A stretch of DNA of 24,705 bases from Saprospiraceae bacterium (GTDB lineage: Bacteria; Bacteroidota; Bacteroidia; Chitinophagales; Saprospiraceae), in the NCBI GenBank assembly GCA_043728625.1, contig JAYTMI010000429.1, positions 1 to 24,705 of the forward strand. The letters are read 5' to 3'. This document shows, piece by piece, positions 8,921-17,328 of this stretch. The translations under genes were made by a program, and so were the position numbers. The stretch's first letter is position 1. Every line of letters begins with the position of its first letter. The notes beneath the pieces were generated by a model. That model saw only the letters and a list, made by a program, of their open reading frames with translations, searched no databases and was not told where the DNA came from.

Positions 8921-9013
8921 TTAATAATAACGACGATTTTTTGAAGACGAATTGACCAAATTAAAAAGTGTACCAATAGTGAATGCGATAGCGATGACGT
9001 ACAGAATAATCAT
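8921..9013 (-). CDS. Unannotated 30-aa single-TM small protein (MIILYVIAIAFTIGTLFNLVNSSSKNRRYY)
   Basis: ATG at 9013 with A-rich leader (AAAAAAAACTAAATT-ATG), TAA at 8921, hydrophobic helix plus basic tail, terminator directly downstream. Confidence 0.55.
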   Translation of the reverse strand: MIILYVIAIAFTIGTLFNLVNSSSKNRRYY

Positions 9014-9168
9014 AATTTAGTTTTTTTATTTTTGTGAAGATTCTAAAGTATTTGTTAGTATATTGCTGTAAAGTTAAATTAAATACCCGCTTTAAAAAAT
9101 AATTTTGACCTGTTTTTTATTTTATTTGACTTAAATCAAGCACCTACTGATTCAATTATGACGCTCAA

Positions 9169-12057
9169 TTAATTCAATCTCTGAATCAACAAAATAAATG
9201 ACAACAAGGCAGTCGCTTGTGCAATAGAGTCTGCTAATACTTTTCCCCAATCCACTTCTTTTTTATCACTTTTGATAGCCTCTTTTTTCTTTTCAGCATA
9301 TCCCACAGAAATTATACTCCCTTTTTGAACTTTAGGGTAAATTTTAAAGAGCAAGAAATCCTTTGTTCTTTTGATTTGACCATTTGGATGTTCAACAGAA
9401 ATCAAACGCTTGCGTCCTTCTTTACCGATGCCTGCTGCATAATTGTCCACATAATACCACGCTGATTTATTACCCTCATAAGCTACGTTGATTTTGCCTG
9501 CTGCGAGAATTTTATCGGGATACAAATCAACCATTTGCGTCGCACCACGAATTGTTACAATATCTTTGTTTTTAGGAACATCAATGTTATCCCCCTCTTT
9601 TAAGATGATATTATGATATGAAGTTTGGTTTTTTATGGCATCCTCCAGCTTGACTATGACGTAACCAATATTATCTTGATTCCGATATAAAGTTGCACCC
9701 GAAGGAAAAGCTTCTGGTGATAAACCACCTGCTCGTTGAATAACATTCATCAAACGTTCGTTTTTATCAATCAAAGCATACTGCCCGGGGTATTTGACTT
9801 CGCCTGTGATACTCACCATTTTTTGAAAACCAAATTCAGGAATACTTCTAATAACAATTTGGTCATAAGGTTGTAGTGGAAAATTAACCGCCGCTTGATT
9901 ATCGAAATCGAGGTTCTTGTCAACCTCTACGGTTGCAACAACTGTTCTAACTTCTTCATTGCCATTGAGTTGTACACGCGAAACGTCCACCCGATTGGCT
10001 GCTGCATCAAGTTTTAAACCACCTGAAAGCGTTAAAACATCGCGTAAAGTGAGGGTTTCGTCCCATTTGTACTCACCTGGAATACGTACAGCACCTGAAA
10101 TACGCACATAGGCTTCATCAACATAAGTCACTCGTGACTGTATCCGTAGTTCGTCATTGGCTTGTAAAAAGATATTTTCATCAGAATTGACGCTTTCTAA
10201 TGCTTTTTTTAGTTCTATACGCTTGTATTCAACCAGTTTTACATTATTAGGGTCTCGCCGAACGATATAAGCAAAGTCCGTTGCCTCTGGTTTTAAACCA
10301 CCTGCCAAGTTGACGATGTCGCTGATACGTATCGTTTTTGATGGGTCAAAAGGAAAACGCAAAGGTGTTTTGACTGCTCCAGTGACAAAAACGGAGTCTT
10401 TGGTCATAAACTTTTCAGTCGTATATATGAGTAAACGGTCTTTGGGTTGCAGTTTTAAATTGGTTGGGGCATTCGGGTTTTTCAATATGTCGTCAATATT
10501 GAGGATCTTCAATTGCAATGTTTGGTCAGAGTTTATGCGTTGCAAATAAGCGATGTCTGTACGAGCTTCTTTTCTTAATACCGCTTTTGTCAATACATCT
10601 TTGACAGTCATTCCTTCCGAAATTTCATATTTACCAGGCAAATCAACGGCACCAACCACGTTCGCAAAATTTTCAAAAATAGTCGGAATCGCTTTAACTA
10701 CCACTGAATCACCGTTTAATAGCTCAAAATCACCACCTCTTCCTTTGAGGTCTTTGTAGTTGACATCAATAAGTTTCTCGCGGTCATTGACAAAACGGCG
10801 GACTTGCAAAGTCGTTTGGTAAGCATTTTCTGCTAATCCACCCGCATAAGTTAAGGCTTTCATTAAGTGCTCGCCACCGATTAATTCATATTTCATTGGA
10901 CGGCGTACAGCACCTGCGATAGTCACGATTCGTTCGGCAACAGGGACGCTGATATAATCATTGTCAAACAGTGAAAAATCGCGCGCTACTGAGGGGTCTA
11001 TCAGAAACTCATAGACATCAAGGCGTTTCTTCTCATTTGACCCTGCTCGAATGAGCTTGATATTACGCACACTACCAATATCGGTTGGACCACCTGCTGC
11101 GATGAGGGCGTTAAAAGCCGAGTTGCCCGCTGAAATCGTAAAGCTCCCTGGACTGAACACTTCTCCGACAATATTAACGACTACAATACGCGTCGCATTG
11201 ACCGAAACCAAGAAGTCACTCGGCGCAAATGGATAAAAACGTTGGAAACTCGCTTGCAAATTGCGTCTGGCAACGCTCAAAGGCAAACCTTTTAGAAAAA
11301 CACGCGGCATTCTGTCGGGCTGAATATACCCCTCAGTATTTATCGTAAAAGTTTGGTTGAAATAAGCCACACCAGAGATACTTATGGTCACTTTATCGCC
11401 ACTCGACAAAACATAAGAATCGGGCGCTTTAAAGTCTTTATCTTTAATAAAACCTAATTTTCCATCTTGAAAAACTTGATGACCATACACCGACATCGGT
11501 TCAATACTATCTTTCTTAGTAATTTTTGAAGGGACTTTCAAACCAAAAGCCTCTTCAATAGTAATACCTTTCGCCCTTCTGACACTGTCTCTTATCGCTT
11601 CTTTTGCCAATTCAATGGCTTTTTTTCGGGAAATTTTAGGGTCATAAATATCATCTTCTTCAACTTTTCTCTTTTGTTCAAACAGCTTCGTCCGTTTAGC
11701 AGGAATCGAATCATCATCAATATCTAATACTTTCCTTTCATTTTTTGTCACCTTGTCTGACTCATCCAGTCTATCATTTTTTTCTGTTTCTGTATCTAAC
11801 TTTTGCTGTTTCTCTTTCTCTAATTCAGCCACAATCTCTTCGATTTGTTTCTGAACACGTGGTAGGTCTTGCGGACGAATATTGTCAATATCAATACCCT
11901 TTTCTTCAAGACGTTGACGCACTTCTTCTTCGCTCAATCCACGTTTTCTTAGTTCTGAATTAATAATGGAGGTATCCACACTGGTAGGTACTTGCTGCGC
12001 AAAAGTCGTTTTGGTCAAAAAGAAAGCACAAAACAGAAGGAAAATATATTTTTTCAT
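9169..12057 (-). CDS. SLBB-domain polysaccharide export protein (Wza/KpsD-like)
   Basis: Signal peptide; APDSYVLSSGDKVTI poly_export motif; repeated SLBB units (VNIVGEVFSPG, IAGAVRRP, VVGAVDLPG, ISGAVRIPG, ITGEVKYPG). Confidence 0.9.
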   Translation of the reverse strand: MKKYIFLLFCAFFLTKTTFAQQVPTSVDTSIINSELRKRGLSEEEVRQRLEEKGIDIDNIRPQDLPRVQKQIEEIVAELEKEKQQKLDTETEKNDRLDESDKVTKNERKVLDIDDDSIPAKRTKLFEQKRKVEEDDIYDPKISRKKAIELAKEAIRDSVRRAKGITIEEAFGLKVPSKITKKDSIEPMSVYGHQVFQDGKLGFIKDKDFKAPDSYVLSSGDKVTISISGVAYFNQTFTINTEGYIQPDRMPRVFLKGLPLSVARRNLQASFQRFYPFAPSDFLVSVNATRIVVVNIVGEVFSPGSFTISAGNSAFNALIAAGGPTDIGSVRNIKLIRAGSNEKKRLDVYEFLIDPSVARDFSLFDNDYISVPVAERIVTIAGAVRRPMKYELIGGEHLMKALTYAGGLAENAYQTTLQVRRFVNDREKLIDVNYKDLKGRGGDFELLNGDSVVVKAIPTIFENFANVVGAVDLPGKYEISEGMTVKDVLTKAVLRKEARTDIAYLQRINSDQTLQLKILNIDDILKNPNAPTNLKLQPKDRLLIYTTEKFMTKDSVFVTGAVKTPLRFPFDPSKTIRISDIVNLAGGLKPEATDFAYIVRRDPNNVKLVEYKRIELKKALESVNSDENIFLQANDELRIQSRVTYVDEAYVRISGAVRIPGEYKWDETLTLRDVLTLSGGLKLDAAANRVDVSRVQLNGNEEVRTVVATVEVDKNLDFDNQAAVNFPLQPYDQIVIRSIPEFGFQKMVSITGEVKYPGQYALIDKNERLMNVIQRAGGLSPEAFPSGATLYRNQDNIGYVIVKLEDAIKNQTSYHNIILKEGDNIDVPKNKDIVTIRGATQMVDLYPDKILAAGKINVAYEGNKSAWYYVDNYAAGIGKEGRKRLISVEHPNGQIKRTKDFLLFKIYPKVQKGSIISVGYAEKKKEAIKSDKKEVDWGKVLADSIAQATALLSFILLIQRLN

Positions 12058-12068
12058 TGTAAGATTTA

Positions 12069-12174
12069 ATAGTGGATAGTTTATAGTGGATAACTAATAG
12101 TTGATAATGGATAATGGATAATTTTTAAACACTCCATTATCCATTAACAACTATCCATTATCCATTATCAACTA
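12069..12174. repeat. Heptad-period inverted repeat element (ATGGATA/TATCCAT) between rfbB and the export gene
   Basis: Perfect 23-bp arms TAGTTGATAATGGATAATGGATA (12098-12120) and TATCCATTATCCATTATCAACTA (12152-12174), with degenerate heptads around them. Confidence 0.85.
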
Positions 12175-12178
12175 AATT

Positions 12179-13249
12179 TTAAGCATACTGTTTGTCATAA
12201 TACTGCTGATAATTGCCCGAAGTCACATTATCAACCCATTCTTTATTGTTCAAATACCAATCAATCGTTTCGCGGAAGCCTTCCTCAAATTTTACTGAGG
12301 GTGTCCAGCCGAGTTCATTCAATAGTTTCGAAGCATCAATCGCATAACGGCGGTCATGTCCTGGGCGGTCTTTCACAAATGTAATCAGTTCCCTTGCCAT
12401 GCCTTGTGGACGACCCAATTTCTCATCCATGATGTCGCACAACTTATGCACGAGGTCAATGTTTTTCCATTCATTATTGCCACCGATATTGTAGGACTCT
12501 CCTACCCGACCGTTGTGAAAAATCGTATCAATCGCCGTTGCATGGTCTTTGACCCATAACCAATCACGGGTGTATTTGCCATCGCCATAAATTGGCAAAG
12601 GTTTGCCTGTCAAAATATTATTGATGATGAGTGGAATCAATTTTTCAGGAAAATGATTCGGTCCATAGTTATTCGAGCAATTCGACAATACTATCGGCAA
12701 ATCGTAGGTATGGTAATAAGCATTCACCAAATGGTCGCTACTTGCTTTTGATGCTGAATACGGTGAACGCGGGTCATAAGGCGTTGTTTCTGTAAAAAAG
12801 CCTTCATCGCCCAACGAGCCAAATACTTCATCGGTTGAAACATGATGAAATCGCTTTGCATTGCCCCCCTCAGTACCCAAGACGTTTTTCCATATTTGGC
12901 GCGCGGCATTCAACAAATTAACCGTTCCAACAATATTCGTTTTGATAAACGACATAGGATCAGAAATCGAACGGTCAACATGACTTTCAGCCGCCAAGTG
13001 AATAACACCATCAAATTGATATTGCTCAAAAATGTCATTGATGAACGCTTCGTCCGTAATATCGCCTTTTTCGAAGGTGTAATTCGGCGAATCTTCGACA
13101 TCGCGTAGGTTTTCGAGATTGCCTGCATACGTCAAAGCATCGAGATTAACGATGCGATATTGCGGATATTTATTGACAAACAAACGAATGACGTGCGAGC
13201 CAATAAACCCTGCACCACCTGTTATGAGAATTGTTCTTTCAAATTTCAT
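12179..13249 (-). CDS. rfbB: dTDP-glucose 4,6-dehydratase
   Basis: TGGAGFIGS, HLAAESHVDRSI, HVSTDEVFG, YSASKA, SNCSNNYGP, RDWLWVKDH, DRPGHDRRYAID. Confidence 0.97.
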   Translation of the reverse strand: MKFERTILITGGAGFIGSHVIRLFVNKYPQYRIVNLDALTYAGNLENLRDVEDSPNYTFEKGDITDEAFINDIFEQYQFDGVIHLAAESHVDRSISDPMSFIKTNIVGTVNLLNAARQIWKNVLGTEGGNAKRFHHVSTDEVFGSLGDEGFFTETTPYDPRSPYSASKASSDHLVNAYYHTYDLPIVLSNCSNNYGPNHFPEKLIPLIINNILTGKPLPIYGDGKYTRDWLWVKDHATAIDTIFHNGRVGESYNIGGNNEWKNIDLVHKLCDIMDEKLGRPQGMARELITFVKDRPGHDRRYAIDASKLLNELGWTPSVKFEEGFRETIDWYLNNKEWVDNVTSGNYQQYYDKQYA

Positions 13250-13290
13250 GTATTTCTAATTTTTTAAATGATTTAATCGTTTTTGGCACG

Positions 13291-13298
13291 CAAAGGTA
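13291..13298 (-). promoter_or_regulatory. -7 box TACCTTTG for rfbB
   Basis: + strand CAAAGGTA, 41 nt upstream of the start. Confidence 0.65.
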
Positions 13299-13395
13299 AA
13301 AAGGATTTTGGATTTACAGATGTTTGAGCGAAAATACTGAATGGTTTAATGTTGGTTTTACCATTCACTATTAAAATATTAACCATTAAAATGAA

Positions 13396-13430
13396 GAAGC
13401 GCCATTCACAAACAAGGTGAAAGGCGCTTC
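13396..13430 (-). terminator. Intrinsic terminator hairpin
   Basis: GAAGCGCC-a-TTCAC/GTGAA-a-GGCGCTTC with a U-rich tail on the minus strand. Confidence 0.6.
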
Positions 13431-13474
13431 ATTTTCCCGTGTACGTTGTCATAAAAATCAATATATTGTCTATT

Positions 13475-13738
13475 TCAAGAAAAGAATATGTCAACATCAT
13501 TCCTATTGTATGAAGAAAATTTGTTTGCGTTATAAGTATGCTGAATTATATCACCCGCAAACCCACAGGCAATGATGTTAGGATTATCCAATAAGCGATG
13601 ACCTAAAAACAGGTGAACATCAGAACCACAGACACCTATCATTTTAAGCTTCACACGCACTTCACCTTCCTTTGGTTCTGGTAAATCTATTTGTTTTTGC
13701 TCTTTTTGCTTGGGTTTTGTTAAAAAAGCAGCTTTCAT
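13475..13738 (-). pseudogene. Truncated Zn-dependent (MDR/GroES-like) alcohol or polyol dehydrogenase
   Basis: MKAAFLTKP...PEPKEGEVRVKLKMIGVCGSDVH is a typical MDR N-terminus. The expected GHE motif and Rossmann domain are missing; the sequence diverges after about residue 56 and stops at 87 aa. Confidence 0.8.
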
Positions 13739-13784
13739 CCATCAATTGTTTATACTGTTTTTAAGACATTTAAAATTTCGGAAT

Positions 13785-13861
13785 CAAAGCTACTATATCA
13801 TAGAGGGTTTCAAAAGGAATGGTTTAAAAGTACCAAAAGTTAATTTGAAAGTACCGAAGTT
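13785..13861 (-). promoter_or_regulatory. Promoter (-7 TAGCTTTG, -33 TTTG) with an upstream 21-bp-period direct repeat (candidate activator site)
   Basis: + strand CAAAGCTA at 13785-13792, CAAA at 13811-13814, AAAGTACC at 13827 and 13848. Confidence 0.55.
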
Positions 13862-13916
13862 TTAAACATAGTCAAAGCAAAAACAGAATCAGTACCCCTC
13901 AGTAATTCAAGAAAAA

Positions 13917-16271
13917 TCAGTCAATAATCAGTTCATCTGCAAAAAGCCAAGCCGCTTTACCTTCTCCTGCATGACCTTTTGGGCAAACGCCTATGTTTTT
14001 AGCATAAATTTTTAAATACCGTTTGGGTTTGGTGTATTCCGAAAAGCGCAATTTTGCTTGCTTAATATACGTTTTTTCAAGGCTTCGGCTGTGTACGAAG
14101 TCTGCACGGTCAATGTCTAACCATTCTTTGCCGTCATTTGAAACAGATGCTATAACGTAATCGGGTAGAAAAATCCAAGAGGCAGGTTTGTTCAAAAACT
14201 CTAAATCAATAGACCTAAACTTTCGTGGTTCTTCGAAATCGAATATAACTTCCATATCATTGCCTTCAAAGCCTGTCCATTGTGAGTAAGTTTTTTCGCT
14301 GCCGCGAATGCCGTTTGTTAAACCACGTGTACCTGATTCGTAGGTGTTTTTAGCAGGTTTGGTCAAATTGTATTTCATACCCAAAGCGGCATGTGGATAA
14401 ACCGTTTGGGTAACCGTTTTACTAATAGGTCTTCCATTCTGAAAACTAGTCGCTCTAATGGCATTAAAATCTTTAATACCAAACGGTTGCGTATATAAAA
14501 ATGATTTAATGGTAGGTTGAGAACCATCCGTAGTATAACGAATTTCTGTGTTTTTGACAGAAGAACTCAAATATACTGAGGGGGTCGAATTTTCGGATTT
14601 GAAGGCGATGTCCACGTCATAAAGCCGCTTGGCATAGTTGACATCCATGCGGTCGAGCCGGTTAAAATGAGTCTGCAAACGGGATACAAAATCGTCATAA
14701 TTCTGCCGATTTTTTGGAGACCACAGCACCTCGGCTAAAGCAATGGCGCGCGGAAAAACCATATATTCTACTTGCTCAGTCGTTCCCATATACTCTGTCC
14801 ATACATTGCCTTGTGCGCCTAAAATATGTTTGGCTTGTTGTGTATTGAGCACTTCAGGCGTTGGTTCAAAAGAATAAGTGTTTTCCAAAGTTACCAAGCC
14901 GCCAATAGCTAAAGGCTCGGTTTCGGGGTCTGCTTGATAATAATCTAAATAACAATAACTACCCGGTGTCATAATAACATCATGGTCTTGTTGCGCTGCC
15001 GAAATGCCCCCCTCAGTACCACGCCACGACATAACTGTTGCATTGGGTGCCAAGCCGCCTTCAAGGATTTCGTCCCACCCAATGATGCTGCGTCCTTTGG
15101 CGTTTAGGAATTTTTCAATACGTTGTATGAAATACGATTGTAGCTCATGCTCATCTTTAAGACCTTCTTTTTTCATCAGGTCTTGGCAGAATGGGCTTTT
15201 TTTCCATGCTTCTTTTGGACATTCATCACCACCGATGTGAATATATTTTGAAGGAAATAAATCCATCACCTCGGTCAAAACATCCTGTAAAAACGAAAAT
15301 GTTTTGTCAGAGGGGCAAAAAACATCTTCGAAAACACCCCAACTGGTTGCCACTTCATACTTTTTTGTAGAGTCGCAAGAAAACTCTGGATAGGCGGCTA
15401 ATGCGGCGAGTGCATGACCTGGCATTTCAATTTCAGGGATAATATTGACAAAACGTTCCTTGGCATAGGCTACAATATCACGTATCTGGTCTTGAGTATA
15501 AAAACCGCCATAAAGCTGCCCGTCAAATTTTTGGGGGCGGTCAGAACCATGCCCTATAAGGGTTTCCTTTCGCCACGCCCCTATTTCAGTCAATCTAGGG
15601 TATTTTTTTATTTCGATACGCCAGCCTTGGTCTTCTGTTAAATGCCAATGAAAATTATTCATTTTGTGCAATGCCATGAGGTCAATGTATTTTTTGACAA
15701 AACTAACAGGCTGAAAATGCCGCCCCGCATCGAGATGCAAACCTCTGTATGCATAGCGGGGTTTATCCTCAATTTCAACACAAGGCGCGCGCCAAGTCAC
15801 TTTTGTCCTTAAAGTTGATGTTGAAAACACCTCCGTTGGCAATAATTGCAACAATGTCTGCACGGCATAAAAAAATCCTTGTTCTGTTGCAGCTTTGATA
15901 TTGATTTGTGTAGGCATTACACTCAATTTATACCCCTCAGTACCTAAGCCTTCTTTGTCTGTTTTCAAGAAAAAAATGACGTTAGTATTTGATTTTGACT
16001 CATTTAAATCAATGACAGATACATTAGTACCATCTTTTTTGATACGGTTCGCAAACTGTTGTGCAATACGCCGAATACCTGCAATAGCATTAGGTACGAT
16101 GATTTGTGTTCGATTCGTAATCGTAAAAGAGCCTGTCACAGGTGTCAACTTTGTCGGTTGTGGCACGATGCTGATGAGAGTAATTTCGTTTTTTGTATTG
16201 CTAAGGCTTTGTGCCGTCATCTTTATTATACCAATATACAGAAATACACATAGTAGTAATTGAATTTTCAT
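13917..16271 (-). CDS. GH20 beta-N-acetylhexosaminidase with C-terminal accessory domains
   Basis: Signal peptide; YRGLHLDAGRHF, FHWHLTEDQGWRIEI, IPEIEMPGH, catalytic HIGGDE, IGWDEI; C-terminal IRYTTDGSQP domain. Confidence 0.95.
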   Translation of the reverse strand: MKIQLLLCVFLYIGIIKMTAQSLSNTKNEITLISIVPQPTKLTPVTGSFTITNRTQIIVPNAIAGIRRIAQQFANRIKKDGTNVSVIDLNESKSNTNVIFFLKTDKEGLGTEGYKLSVMPTQINIKAATEQGFFYAVQTLLQLLPTEVFSTSTLRTKVTWRAPCVEIEDKPRYAYRGLHLDAGRHFQPVSFVKKYIDLMALHKMNNFHWHLTEDQGWRIEIKKYPRLTEIGAWRKETLIGHGSDRPQKFDGQLYGGFYTQDQIRDIVAYAKERFVNIIPEIEMPGHALAALAAYPEFSCDSTKKYEVATSWGVFEDVFCPSDKTFSFLQDVLTEVMDLFPSKYIHIGGDECPKEAWKKSPFCQDLMKKEGLKDEHELQSYFIQRIEKFLNAKGRSIIGWDEILEGGLAPNATVMSWRGTEGGISAAQQDHDVIMTPGSYCYLDYYQADPETEPLAIGGLVTLENTYSFEPTPEVLNTQQAKHILGAQGNVWTEYMGTTEQVEYMVFPRAIALAEVLWSPKNRQNYDDFVSRLQTHFNRLDRMDVNYAKRLYDVDIAFKSENSTPSVYLSSSVKNTEIRYTTDGSQPTIKSFLYTQPFGIKDFNAIRATSFQNGRPISKTVTQTVYPHAALGMKYNLTKPAKNTYESGTRGLTNGIRGSEKTYSQWTGFEGNDMEVIFDFEEPRKFRSIDLEFLNKPASWIFLPDYVIASVSNDGKEWLDIDRADFVHSRSLEKTYIKQAKLRFSEYTKPKRYLKIYAKNIGVCPKGHAGEGKAAWLFADELIID

Positions 16272-16395
16272 GAATTTTTTTTGTTTATGAAAAATTGCTA
16301 TTGTTAAAATTTAATTATTTATAAAACAATGTAATTGATTTAATTAAAAATGTAACTTTTTATAAATTATGCCATATACTAATTATTATAATAAT

Positions 16396-16403
16396 TATAT
16401 TTG
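16396..16403 (+). promoter_or_regulatory. -7 box TATATTTG
   Basis: TAnnTTTG in a very AT-rich divergent intergenic region, 51 nt before ATG 16455. Confidence 0.45.
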
Positions 16404-16454
16404 TATTTACATTATTTAAATAATCTACTTTACTCATTTTCAAACTTAAATATC

Positions 16455-17243
16455 ATGACTTTACTTCAGAAAACCTTTAGGGATAAAGGAAAAATGATCA
16501 GATTTTTTTTTGTTGGTCTATCTTTTATGGCTGTAACAGCCACACAGGCTCAGTCTTCAGAGCAAGTTGCAAATGAAGCGACAACACAACCGATGATGAA
16601 AAAAGAAATAGCTTTAGGGCTTAACGTCGGTGTTACAAATGGACTTGGTTTAGATGTAGCCTATCGTTTTGCAAAACATTGGGCGGGTCGTTTGGCATTC
16701 AATTATGCCAAATACACTAAAGAAAACTACACTTACGAAATCGCTTCAACGAATCCCGACGGTACAAAAAACCTTCAAAAACTTTCTTTTGATGCTGGGG
16801 TTAAACTAAGCAATTTCGCCTTAAATGCAGAGTTTACTCCCGGTTCTAAGGGCAGATTCAAACTCATTGGCGGTCTTTCCTATTTTCCAACCAATACTAT
16901 CACTGTAGGTGGGGAATTGGCTTCGACTATTAAGTTCAACGATGTTGTCTTAAATCCAGAAGACTTAGGCAATGGTTTTGTCACTATTGGTTCAAAGCAA
17001 AAAATTGCCCCTTTCCTCGGTATGGGCTTTGGACGCACTTTTCCACGCAAACGTATCAACGTTAGCTTCGACATGGGTGCGTATTATAAAGGTGACTACA
17101 CTGTAGATATAAAGGTAAATCCAGGTGCGATTTTGAAATCAAATGAAGAAAACGGTGTCATCTTAGCCCGCAACTTCAATCAAAATTGGTATCAAAAAGT
17201 TTGGCCTGTTATGAATCTTCGTTTGGCTTATCGCATTCTATAA
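16455..17243 (+). CDS. Hypothetical outer-membrane beta-barrel protein
   Basis: Signal peptide ending ATQA-Q; amphipathic strands (GLGLDVAYRF, PFLGMGFG, SFDMGAYY, MNLRLAYRIL). ATG 16455 (or the next ATG) is preferred over TTG 16401. Confidence 0.75.
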   Translation: MTLLQKTFRDKGKMIRFFFVGLSFMAVTATQAQSSEQVANEATTQPMMKKEIALGLNVGVTNGLGLDVAYRFAKHWAGRLAFNYAKYTKENYTYEIASTNPDGTKNLQKLSFDAGVKLSNFALNAEFTPGSKGRFKLIGGLSYFPTNTITVGGELASTIKFNDVVLNPEDLGNGFVTIGSKQKIAPFLGMGFGRTFPRKRINVSFDMGAYYKGDYTVDIKVNPGAILKSNEENGVILARNFNQNWYQKVWPVMNLRLAYRIL

Positions 17244-17328
17244 CAACAATCATCAATCATATTTTACACCCCATCAGTAATTTTCTAAATAAATCCATTT
17301 CTTAAAATTGCAAAAAAAGTATTTACAA

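Noticed and set aside
16401-17328. ORF-track starts at 16401 and 17308 (TTG), and at 219 (GTG)
   Set aside because: Downstream ATGs at 16455 and 17329 give proper signal peptides, and 16401 overlaps the promoter box. The 219 ORF is open to the window edge.
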